This document shows positions 44,531 through 54,200 of a stretch of 64,000 bases of DNA, one piece after another; position 1 is the first letter of the stretch; each line of letters starts with the position of its first letter. Source of the stretch: Chthoniobacterales bacterium (GTDB lineage Bacteria; Verrucomicrobiota; Verrucomicrobiia; Chthoniobacterales; Chthoniobacteraceae); contig JBBQZX010000020.1 in the NCBI GenBank assembly GCA_038207335.1, forward strand, positions 41,945-105,944. Reading direction: 5' to 3'. The notes under the pieces were generated by a model, which ran no database searches, was not told where the DNA came from, and saw only the letters and a program-made list of their open reading frames with translations. Made by a program: the position numbers and the translations under genes.

Positions 44531-45034
44531 ATGAACGAAGAGATCTCCAAAGAACCACTCGACACGAATCCTGACCCGATCACGGGTGAACCCGGCGCTC
44601 ATCCAGTTTCCACAGGTGTGGGCGCGGCGGCTGCAGGCGCTGCAGGCGCGGCGATCGGCGCGGTGGCCGGGCCGGTCGGCATCATCGCAGGCGCAGTGAT
44701 CGGAGCCGTGGCCGGTGGCTACGGCGGGCACGCCGTCGGCGAGGCCGTCGATCCGTCCGCCGAAGACGCCTACTGGCGGGAAAATCACTCGAAGCAGGCC
44801 TATGCGATGCCGAGCGAGAGCTTCGACGCGTTCGCTCCTGCCTACCGCACGGGCTACGAGGGCTACGCGCAACACGGGGCGACGGCGAAGTCTTTTGATG
44901 AGGCTGAGGAGCACCTGCGCGCGCACTACGCGAAGAGCAATCCGGGTCTGCCGTGGGAGCGGGTGCGAGAGGCGAGTCGCCTAGCTTGGAATCACGCGCA
45001 AGCGGCGATCACCGGCACGAACCCGGAGCGCTGA
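44531..45034 (+). CDS. Glycine-zipper hypothetical protein
   Basis: DPITGEPGAHPVSTGVGAAAAGAAGAAIGAVAGPVG..., EDAYWREN, PAYRTGY. Confidence 0.75.
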   Translation: MNEEISKEPLDTNPDPITGEPGAHPVSTGVGAAAAGAAGAAIGAVAGPVGIIAGAVIGAVAGGYGGHAVGEAVDPSAEDAYWRENHSKQAYAMPSESFDAFAPAYRTGYEGYAQHGATAKSFDEAEEHLRAHYAKSNPGLPWERVREASRLAWNHAQAAITGTNPER

Positions 45035-45054
45035 GCACAGCTCCTATTTTACTT

Positions 45055-45095
45055 AAAAACTGCCGCTCCGGGAGTCCGGAGCGGCGTTTTGTTTT
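45055..45095 (+). terminator. Rho-independent (probably bidirectional) terminator
   Basis: AAAAA-CT-GCCGCTCCGG-GAGT-CCGGAGCGGC-GTTTTGTTTT. Confidence 0.8.
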
Positions 45096-45320
45096 CTGAT
45101 TTGAAGCTCGCTAACTTTTTACTAAATCTTTGCGAACCGCGTCTTCCGGTAGCCGTCAGAACAGCATCGAAGTGAAGAGGGACGCGAGGCCCAGCGTGAG
45201 ATCAAAAAGCCCCACGCCGGCAAAGATTGCGCGGAAATCCAAAGCTCGGAAAAGCTATCTTGCCGCACTTTTGCTCTGATGTGAATTCGGAGCAGATACA
45301 AGTCGCCTTTGACCGATACG

Positions 45321-46050
45321 ATGAAAACTCTTCTTCTTACTCTTTGCTTCACAGCACTCATTGTAGGTCGCATCGGCGCAGTCGAGTTCAGCACCGTCGA
45401 GTTTGCTGGCAAACGGTTCACTGTCTGTCGCGTGGATGTCCGCGAGGAGCACATCCAGTTGTTTCATCGCGATGAGACGGGCCAGCCGTTCAAGCGCTTC
45501 GACCGACTCGTGCCGTGGCTCGAGGCGCGCGGCCAGAAGCTCACCCTCGCCATGAATGCCGGTATGTATCACGGCGATTTCTCCGCCGTCGGGCTCTTCG
45601 TGGCCGGCGGCAAGCAACTCGTGCCGCTCAACACGGCCAACGCTTACGGCAACTTTTTCCTCAAGCCGAATGGCGTTTTCGCCGTGACCGATAAGGGAGC
45701 GCGAGTCATCGAGGCGTCCGAGTTTCCAAAGCTGCACGAGCGCGTCACGGTTGCCACGCAGTCCGGCCCGATGCTCGTGATTGGCGGCAAGCTCCATCCC
45801 GCGTTCAAAGCCGGCGCCGACTCGCGCCTTTTCCGCAACGGCGTCGGTGTCCCATCGACGGGCATTGCGCTGTTCGTCATCAGCGAGGCGCCCGTGAACT
45901 TCTACGAATTCGCCACGCTCTTCCGTGACAAGCTTCACTGCCCCGACGCGCTCTTTCTCGACGGCACGAATCTCCAGCCTTTACGCGCCAAAGCTCAACC
46001 GAAACGAGTTCCGAATGGCTCTGGGGCCGATTATCGGAGTCACTGAATGA
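45321..46050 (+). pseudogene. Phosphodiester glycosidase/YigE (DUF2233)-like protein with a 1-nt frameshift near the C-terminus
   Basis: AMNAGMYH, GNFFLKPNGVF, ATQSGPMLV, RNGVG, VNFYEFA, ALFLDG. The expected continuation TISSLY...LGPII is in another frame after an extra A at 45969/45970. Confidence 0.7.
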
Positions 46051-46219
46051 GCCAACCCATCGGCTTCCGCCTCGCTGAGAGACCATCGGACCGGCGCACA
46101 CAGGTAGAGTCTTGGATGAACATCTACACCTGCAAAGCGGGTTCAAAATCGCCTCGGGTGCTAACCGCGGCGCAATTGTAATTGCCTACTTTGCCCCGGG
46201 CGCACCCGCGGGTGCCACT

Positions 46220-49200
46220 TCAGGGGTCACTTTGCAGATAGGCGTCCACATCTTTCGTCACCACCAGCTTCCCGAACATGATCATCCAGTGCCCCGGGAA
46301 CGTACAGACATACTCATACTCCCCCTCCTGCTTTGGAGCCGTCAGCTTCACCGTCTCCTTCTTTCCCGGCTCGATGAGATGCGACGCGTTCAAGATGCGC
46401 TTGTCCCCCTTCTGCGGCAAATACGCGCGGCCTTCCTTGTCCAGTTGATCCGGTTTCATCGTCTGCACCGCCTCGGCGATTTGCTGGCGCGTTCCCGGTT
46501 GCACGAAAACGATGTTGTGCGGCATTAGGTCCACGTTTTCGAAGATCACCTCAAATGGCTTCCCAGCTTCAACCACAAGCCGCGGAGTGTCATACCGCAT
46601 CTGCTCACGCACAGTTTTGATGACATAGACATTCACGCCAAGCCCGCGCAATTCTTTCCGAACGCGCGCAGCATCGGTTGCAGGCAGTAGCGACGCGACC
46701 TCCATCCCCGTCTGCAGGCTTTCGACAAAATCCTGACCCGTGCGCTGATCGGTCGGCACCGTCTTCGCCCACACCAGAATGCTATCCGCAAGCGCCGCCG
46801 CCGTGGCCTTGTCCCAGCTCTCATGGGGAAGCTGCATCAAAGCGCGCGCCGCCGCCGGGCGGTTCATTCCGCGTTGCAGATGCGCGGCAAGCGTCACTGC
46901 ATTGGCTTTCGCATTCTCCGTCCCCATCAAAGGGAGTGCGAGCAACGCAGCACTTCGCAACGACGACGAAGTCTTCGCATCCGCAAGCACCCCGGCGAGC
47001 AACGGCTGAAACTTCGCCCTCAGCGCAGGGTCGATCACCAGCCCGATCGCGTCGATGAGCGATTGCTTAAACTGATCTGTTTTAGCCTCCGCCCAAGTCG
47101 CTTCCGCATTGCCATGAGCCACGATCAAAGCCGCCCACGCCGCGCGGCGCACCGCATTCTGCGCCGCCTTATCCGCAAGTTCGGCGAGAGGCGCGCGGTT
47201 TTTCAGAAGTTCCGCCGGCACTGTCGCACCGAGCAGCTTCCCAAGTTCATCTGCCTGCGATCCACCGCCCTTCGCATCCAGCCTGCGCAAAGCCTCAATG
47301 ATCTCCATCACAGCGCTGGTCTTATGAAGTTTCGCCAGCTCGCTGATCGACTTCTCTCGCGTCACCGCATCGGTGCTCTTGCGCTCGATCCGAGCCATTA
47401 AAACCGCCTCCACATTGGGCGCTTTCTGAAGATCCGCGTCCGACATCTTGGAAAGCAACGCCATGAGAATCTCCGGGTCGCTCGGCAGCATCGTCTCCTT
47501 GGAAAGCCCTTGAAGCTGCCGCAGCGTCTCCTTCAGCGTGTAGTCGATGTAGTAGTCGGTGGGCTGCTTGAGCACCGTGTAGGCCACGTCGATCGCCGCG
47601 GGCACGTCTTTGCCATTGAAGAAGCTCGCATCACGCGCCGCTTCCAGTCTTACCCGCGGATTCTCATCTCCCGCCGCGGTTTTAAGTAAAGCCAGTGCGT
47701 TCGGCACCCGGTCGCGCCAGTAGCACAGCACCCGCGCCGCCTGCGCCCGCGCACGCGGTTCCGGCGACTTCAGGATGTCATTCAGCAGAGCAAGATCGAC
47801 GACATTGTGATACTGATGCACCCACAGTCCTTCGAGCCGGTTGTGCTCATAGTTCTTGTCGCTCTTATCGAGTCCCGCGATCCACTTCTTCGTAGCAGCG
47901 ATGACCTCCGAGCTTTCGTGCTTGCCCAGCTCGATCTTCGCCCGCTCCCGCACATTATTCTCCGGTTCCTTCAGCAGCTCCAGCAACGCCTCGATCGGCC
48001 GTCCATCGATCTTCGCAGGCTTCAGCAGCGGCATCCCGTCAAAGGTCAGCCGATAGATTCGCCCATGATCCTGCTCACGGTTCGGATCGCGCAAATGATG
48101 CTGCAAGTGACCGATGAGTGGCTTGTGCCAGTCCATGAAATACACCGACCCATCCGGCGCCACAGACACACCCGAGGGACGAAAATTCGGGTCATCCGAA
48201 GTCACGAGATTCTCCAGCGTCTCACCTTTCAATCCCGAACCCTCCTCACTTACCTTCACTCGAAAGATACCCTGAATGCTGATGACATTGCAGTTCAGGA
48301 AATTGTCCTGATACTCCGCCGGCCAAGCCCGGCTAGATAGGATGGCAGTCCCAGGGCAGGGACGCGAAGGTCGCTCCCAGAATTGCTTCATGCCAGGATG
48401 CTTGCCCTCATCGAGATGCCCGCTGAACGCCGGCGCAAAGTAGTTCGCGTTACCAGTCGCATCCGTCACGATGTCATTGCCCCAGTAATCGAACACCTTG
48501 CCATGCGGGTTCGCAAATCCGTAGGCCACATAGCGCTCGAACTTGCCCGTCCGCGGCTCCCACCGATACAGCGAGCCATCCGTGTTCCTCACCGGCCCTT
48601 CCGCCGTCTCCACCTGAGTGCGAAAGAATACGCCATCGCTGAGATACATCGCCCCGCCCGGTTCGATTGCCATCGCATTCGTCTCATGGTGCGAGTCCGC
48701 CGCATCCAAGCCATCTAACACGCGCTCCCTCCAGTCCACCTTGCCATCTCCATTGGTATCTTTCACCTGCCACAGGTAGGGCGACTCCATGACAAAGACG
48801 CTGTCCTTGTAGAACTGGAACCCAGTCGGGCAATTCAAGTCATCGAGAAAAGTCGTGCATTTCTTCGCCTTACCATCCTCACCGATGTCGAACACGAGCA
48901 GCTTGTCGCCTTCCTTGCTCGTCGGTGTCCGCTCCGGGTAGTTCTTCCATGCGGAAATCCAAAGGCGCCCTTTCGTATCCCAAGCCATCTGCACCGGACT
49001 CACCAGCTCCGGAAACTCCTTCTCACTCGCAACCAACTCGACCTTCACGCCTTTCGGCAAAGTCATGTGTTTGATCGCTTCCTCCCCATCAAGGTAGGTG
49101 TAGGACCCATCGGGATTCGTCCCCGGCTTGTTCGACTTGATCGTCGGCACCTCTGGAATGTTCGAGTCATCCACCTTGATGTCCCGCCCCTTCGCCAAAG

Positions 49201-50131
49201 CCCACACCCGCGCTTCACGGTTCGCCGTCATCACATCGCGCACCGCCAACTCCGGCCAGAGCACCGCCCGGTTATCCACCTTCGGCCCGCCCTTCCCAGA
49301 CTCATACCCGATCGTCGAGCGACCCCCGAAAATATTGTATTGATCCACCGTCCGGTAGCGGCTCAGCCACATCGAATTCTCCACCTGCACCGCCTCGCGA
49401 ATCTTCGCCAGCGCAGCATCTTCCGCAGGCGGCTGTGCCCCGAGGAGCGCCTTGTAGATCACCGGCGCGAGTGCTTGATACCCCGCGACAGTCAGATGAA
49501 CGCCATTGTGAGTCAGCGGCGCCTTGGCCTTCGCGTAAAGCTCCAGCGACGGCGCGTAAAGATCGACGAACTTCACGTCGTTGGCCTTCGCCACCTCCGC
49601 CATCGCAGCCGCGTAGTTCTGCAAGTTCGTGTTGTTCGTCGTCGCATCGGGCCAGTTCGGATCAGTCCCTTTCTCCTGCGCGATCGGCGAAAAAAGCACC
49701 AACTCCGGCGCACTCGTCCCATTGAACTTCGCCGCCTTCATCTCCTTGATATACTTCTCCAAATTCGTCTTGAAATTCTCGATCCCATCGTAGCCGGCAA
49801 AGGACTCGTTGAACCCCCAAAACGCCAGCACCACATCCGTCTTCGCCTTCGCCAGCCAGTCCTCCTGCTTCGGCACATCGTCCGAGCGCATGTGCTTGTT
49901 CAGCTCATCCCCGGCAAAGCCCAGGTTGCGGATGCTGATGTCATCCTGCGGATGCGCCTTCACGATGAACGCTTCCAGCGTCCCATCGTGCTGCATCCGA
50001 TCCGCCAGCGCGTTGCCGACGATGGAAATGTGTTCGCCTTTGTGGAGTTCGATCTTCTCCGGCGCAGCTGCGAACAACATGGAGGGAAGCGCCGAGACGT
50101 AAAGAAGTGAGGTGAGGAGTGTTCGTTTCAT
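46220..50131 (-). CDS. PVC-type membrane-bound dehydrogenase-like protein: SGNH-like domain + beta-propeller + HEAT repeats + azurin-like copper domain
   Basis: Signal peptide; IRNLGFAGD; ASEKEFPELVSPVQMAWDTKGRLW; DPNFRP..APDGSVYFMDW; RDPNRE.DHGRIYR; C-terminal MPHNIV...YVCTFPGHWMIM. Confidence 0.82.
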   Translation of the reverse strand: MKRTLLTSLLYVSALPSMLFAAAPEKIELHKGEHISIVGNALADRMQHDGTLEAFIVKAHPQDDISIRNLGFAGDELNKHMRSDDVPKQEDWLAKAKTDVVLAFWGFNESFAGYDGIENFKTNLEKYIKEMKAAKFNGTSAPELVLFSPIAQEKGTDPNWPDATTNNTNLQNYAAAMAEVAKANDVKFVDLYAPSLELYAKAKAPLTHNGVHLTVAGYQALAPVIYKALLGAQPPAEDAALAKIREAVQVENSMWLSRYRTVDQYNIFGGRSTIGYESGKGGPKVDNRAVLWPELAVRDVMTANREARVWALAKGRDIKVDDSNIPEVPTIKSNKPGTNPDGSYTYLDGEEAIKHMTLPKGVKVELVASEKEFPELVSPVQMAWDTKGRLWISAWKNYPERTPTSKEGDKLLVFDIGEDGKAKKCTTFLDDLNCPTGFQFYKDSVFVMESPYLWQVKDTNGDGKVDWRERVLDGLDAADSHHETNAMAIEPGGAMYLSDGVFFRTQVETAEGPVRNTDGSLYRWEPRTGKFERYVAYGFANPHGKVFDYWGNDIVTDATGNANYFAPAFSGHLDEGKHPGMKQFWERPSRPCPGTAILSSRAWPAEYQDNFLNCNVISIQGIFRVKVSEEGSGLKGETLENLVTSDDPNFRPSGVSVAPDGSVYFMDWHKPLIGHLQHHLRDPNREQDHGRIYRLTFDGMPLLKPAKIDGRPIEALLELLKEPENNVRERAKIELGKHESSEVIAATKKWIAGLDKSDKNYEHNRLEGLWVHQYHNVVDLALLNDILKSPEPRARAQAARVLCYWRDRVPNALALLKTAAGDENPRVRLEAARDASFFNGKDVPAAIDVAYTVLKQPTDYYIDYTLKETLRQLQGLSKETMLPSDPEILMALLSKMSDADLQKAPNVEAVLMARIERKSTDAVTREKSISELAKLHKTSAVMEIIEALRRLDAKGGGSQADELGKLLGATVPAELLKNRAPLAELADKAAQNAVRRAAWAALIVAHGNAEATWAEAKTDQFKQSLIDAIGLVIDPALRAKFQPLLAGVLADAKTSSSLRSAALLALPLMGTENAKANAVTLAAHLQRGMNRPAAARALMQLPHESWDKATAAALADSILVWAKTVPTDQRTGQDFVESLQTGMEVASLLPATDAARVRKELRGLGVNVYVIKTVREQMRYDTPRLVVEAGKPFEVIFENVDLMPHNIVFVQPGTRQQIAEAVQTMKPDQLDKEGRAYLPQKGDKRILNASHLIEPGKKETVKLTAPKQEGEYEYVCTFPGHWMIMFGKLVVTKDVDAYLQSDP

Positions 50132-50164
50132 GTGGGGTAAAAGGAGAGGCGTCGCGGTGTCCGC

Positions 50165-51244
50165 TCAGCGTTGGTAGATTGGTAGAAAGTGGTTCTTTAC
50201 TGCAAGGCTCAGGATCGCCATTGACGTCGCATACACCTTTCCAGCCTCACGGCCGTCCCCCCCGCCCTGCTCCCACGAGCCATCGCGGCCTTGCAGCGGC
50301 AGCAGCGAGTCAGCGACCGCCTTTCGCCCATCCTCCGCATACTTCCCGCCGCGCTGATACATCCCCTGCGCATAGTAGTAAGTCGTGTAGTAGAACCATC
50401 GCTCCTCTGGCCGGATCTTCTCATTCGACAGCCGCTCCGCCGCGCCAAGCGTCTCCGGCGCCTCATACTCACCGCAGACTTGCAGCGCGAGCAATCCCTC
50501 CGCTGTGGTCGAAATCTCACGTCCTTTGTTCTGATACCCAAAACCGCCCGGCGAGATCTTCCCACGCTTCTCAGCTTCGGCATCGTAGAGCCGCTTGATG
50601 TATTTCACCGCATCGTCGATCGCCTCCTTTGGCACATCGATCCCCGCATTTTTCGCCGCGCGCAATGCCATCACCTGCCACACGGTCACAGACATGTCCG
50701 AGGAAGTGTCATCCGGCGTGTAGCGCCAGCCGCCGCGCGAGTGCTCGTTCTTCGGCACCTTTTGCGCGCGCAAGATGAGTTGCACTCCTTTCCTAGCCTT
50801 CTCCCGGATCAGATCATCCTGCTCCGAATCCGCCCCCATCCCGAGCATCTCATTGAGCATGAGTGTCGTGATCCCGTGCCCGTACATTCGCGACCCATCC
50901 TTTTGTCCAAAGTAACCATCCGCCTGCTGAACATCGGGCTTCAGAATGTAAGCGATCCCCTTCTTCATCGCGACACCCTCCGGCGAATGATCGGTCGGCT
51001 GATTTCCCAGCGACGCAAGAGCCAGCACCGACAAAGAAGTCATCGCCGTCTCATTGCGACCTTTCTGCGAAATCGCTCCCGTATCCGCATTCTGCTGCGA
51101 CACAAGAAACTGCGCCCCTTTTGCCAGCGCATCGTCCTCCTTGTCAACCGCCCGAGAGTTGACGCAAAAGCACGCGCTCGCAAGCAACACTATAACCGTG
51201 CGGCCAACGAGCCTCGAGTAGGACGAAAAACGGGCGGCGCTCAT
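50165..51244 (-). CDS. Prenyltransferase/squalene-oxidase repeat (alpha6-alpha6 barrel) exported protein
   Basis: FLVSQQ..TG, QQADGYFG, MYGHGI, GGWRY, SDMSVT.WQ.MALRAA..AG, QGRDGSW, YATSMA. Start overlaps the upstream stop (TGATG). Confidence 0.8.
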   Translation of the reverse strand: MSAARFSSYSRLVGRTVIVLLASACFCVNSRAVDKEDDALAKGAQFLVSQQNADTGAISQKGRNETAMTSLSVLALASLGNQPTDHSPEGVAMKKGIAYILKPDVQQADGYFGQKDGSRMYGHGITTLMLNEMLGMGADSEQDDLIREKARKGVQLILRAQKVPKNEHSRGGWRYTPDDTSSDMSVTVWQVMALRAAKNAGIDVPKEAIDDAVKYIKRLYDAEAEKRGKISPGGFGYQNKGREISTTAEGLLALQVCGEYEAPETLGAAERLSNEKIRPEERWFYYTTYYYAQGMYQRGGKYAEDGRKAVADSLLPLQGRDGSWEQGGGDGREAGKVYATSMAILSLAVKNHFLPIYQR

Positions 51245-54200
51245 CACTTCTTCGATTTCTCCGCGATGACTCGGTAATAGGTCTCGATCTGATTCCGATA
51301 CTCCCCTGCCACCGTCTCCCGCTGTCCCTGGCTCAGCTCCTCAGCAATCTGCTTCGGCAGCTTCCCCCAGTCGCCGGTCTTCGTGAGCCCGTTCAACTCC
51401 CCGATCTTTCCATAAGCCGTGCCCGTCCCATCCGCCTTCACGCCCGCCTTCGACTTCGCCTGCAAATCCCCTTTTGCCAACAGGGCCACTGGCGTCTCGG
51501 AGTTTTCGCTCCGCTCCGCGCGCATCGCTTGTGCCGCAGCCTGCGCGGCCGCGGCCATCGCGGCTTGCGCCTGCGCCGCATCCTGGCTCGGCTGTCCCGG
51601 TTGTTCGCCTTTCCCCTGCTGCCCCGGCGGCTGACCCTGCGCGTTCGCCTGCTGATCGCCCTTTTGCGCGTTCGCATCCGCCCCGCTGTGCAGCGCGGCA
51701 TCGAGCGCATCAAGAGTGCGTGCCATCCACACCTGCTCCTGCGGCGTCGGCGGAGTCGTTGGAACATCAGCCATCAAGCCCTCGGGGGACCCGGTCGGCG
51801 GTGGTGTGCCCTGTGGCGAGCCGGCCTGTGCCTGCATAGGTGGCGTCTGCTGGCCAGCAGGTTGGCCCTGCGACGGCGGAGTTGCTGCGCCAGTCTGCGG
51901 ACTTTGCGCGCCCTGCGGAGGTGTCTGCGCGGCCGTTTGCGCACTTGCGGGGGAAGGTGGCTGCGCCGCTGCATCCTGGGGCGTCGTCGGATTCGCAGCC
52001 GCTCCAAGCTGAGCCGCCTGCGCCGCGAGTTGCGAGTCCGCGGCATTCACCGCGGCTTGCGCCTCCGCCGCTTTTTGAGCCTTCGCGAGCGCCTGCTGCG
52101 CGCTGGGAACTTGTTGCATCGCCGTTTCCTTCACCGCAGCCCCGAGTTCTTGAAGTTGCTCGCCCACTGCGTTGTTTTGCAAACGCTCCTCATGCCGGCC
52201 CGCCCTCGCAACCTGCTCTCCCGCTTCATTTGCAGTCTGAGCGATTTGCGGTTGCTGATTCGCCGCCTGCGCGAGCTGCGGATTTTGCGCGCCCTGCGGC
52301 TTCGCTCCGGCTGGTGAATTCGGCGGCGTGTTCGAGGTCTGCTGCGCCATCTGCGGCGCTTGCGGATTCTGCGCCATGGCCGCGACCTGCTGCGAAGCGG
52401 CCTGCGCGTCTTTCGCCGCCTGCGCCGCTTGTTGCGCGGCCTGCTGCGCCTCGTTCGCTTCCTTTGAAGTTGCTTGATTCTTTGCCTGTTCGTCACCCGT
52501 CTTCTGCTGAGCCGTTTGCTGCGCAGTGGCCTGTGCCTTCGCTGCGTCTCCAGCTGCCTGCTCCGCCTGTTTCGCCGCTTCGCCGGATTTTTCAGCCGCA
52601 GCTTGCGCCGCGTTCGCTGCATTCGCCATCTCGTTCGGCTGTGTCATTTTCTCTGCCGCCTGCGCGGCCGATTGCGCCGCCTGCTCGGCCGCCTGCACCG
52701 CCTGCTGCGCATCCGCGCGCGCCTGCCGCGCTTGATCCGCCGCCGGCTGATTGTTCGCGACCTTCGCCGATTGCACCGCTTCGTCTGCCGCTTTCTGCGC
52801 ATTCTTCGCGGCATCCAGCGACTTCTTCGCGGCGTCTTGCGCCTTTGCCGCCGCTTGCTGCGGCGTCGGCTGCGATCCATCGGGGTTCGCCTGCGCCGTC
52901 AACTTCGCCAAATCCTTCGCCACCTGATTCTCCTGCTTGCTCGCTTGGTCGAGTTGCTGCTTCGCATCCGCCAGAGTGTCTTTGGAAATCTCACTGAGTT
53001 CCTTCTGCATCTCGGGATTCTTCGTCAGCGCCTTTTCGAGCTGCGCCAGAAGTTCCTCCGGCGACTTCTGCGCGAGTTCCGCCATCTGCTCCGCCTTCGC
53101 AAATTGCGCGTCGAGTTGCTCCTTCACCCCATTCTCCTTCTCCGTCTCGCGCATCGCCGTGCGACTCTCCTCCGCCTTCCCCTGCTCCACATTTGCATAA
53201 TGCTCCGCGAGTTGATTCAGCGCATCCGCGAGCTTTTGCTGATGCTCTGTCGCGCCAGTCTGCGCCTCTTTCCGCTGCGTCGCGTCGGGCGCCTGCGCCG
53301 CCTCCATCAATGCCTGCTCAGCCTTCACGGGCGGTTCCTTCAACATCGCCAGCGCATCGTCCGCATCGCGCGCCCGCTCACGTCCCTCCTTCTGCGCCAT
53401 GTCCTGCTGATTCGCATCCGCCCGCAGCGCGTCCTTCAACGCCCCGACTTCCGCATTCAGCTTCTCCTGTTTCGCGAGCGTCTTTTGCGCCTCGGCCTGC
53501 GCCTCCGCGGGCGCTTGCTCCGCAGGCTTCTGCGCCGCTTCCTGCGTCTCTTTTTTCAAATCTTCCGTCTCTTTCGCGAGCTGCGCCGCCAGTTCCGACA
53601 GCTTCGGCACCATCTGCGCCAGCTCCTCGCGCGCCGCCTGCATCGGCTTGCGAAACACCGCCAGCGCTTGATTCGCGATCATCGCGACCTTCTCCACGTC
53701 TTCCCGCGCCGACACCGGATCACGCGCCCCGACATGTCGCTGCGCCATTTCCCCGCTCACCTGCTTCGGCGCTGCCGTGTTCATCCCCTTCCACAAAACC
53801 TCCTGTGCCTGGCTCATCAGCTTGCGCGTCTCATCATCCTGCGCCGCCTTCCCGAGTTCCTCGGGAATCGCGCGCAACCGTGACTCCAGCCAACTCCAGT
53901 CGCGCGGCGAGCTCGTCCGCGCACGTCCATTGCGAATCTCCCAGCGCTCCGCCGCCGCAAGCTGTCTTAGTCCATCCGCGACCTCGAAAATATTGTGACC
54001 GCTCTCGAGCAGCCGGAGATTTTTCTCCAGCGCCGCGAGCTTTTCCTTCAGTGCCGCATCGTCCGGAGCGGCGTCGTGCGTCGCCTTGAGTGCCAGCGAA
54101 AGTGTGCGGACGTCGTTCACGAAATACGTATCCGAATCCGGCCGCGATTCCTCCGCGTCGCCATACGTCTTGAACGCACTGCTCCACTCGTCCCACCGGC

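Noticed and set aside
45156..45254. Short hydrophobic minus-strand reading (LFRALDFRAIFAGVGLFDLTLGLASLFTSMLF)
   Set aside because: No convincing start and no recognisable homology; at most a gene remnant.
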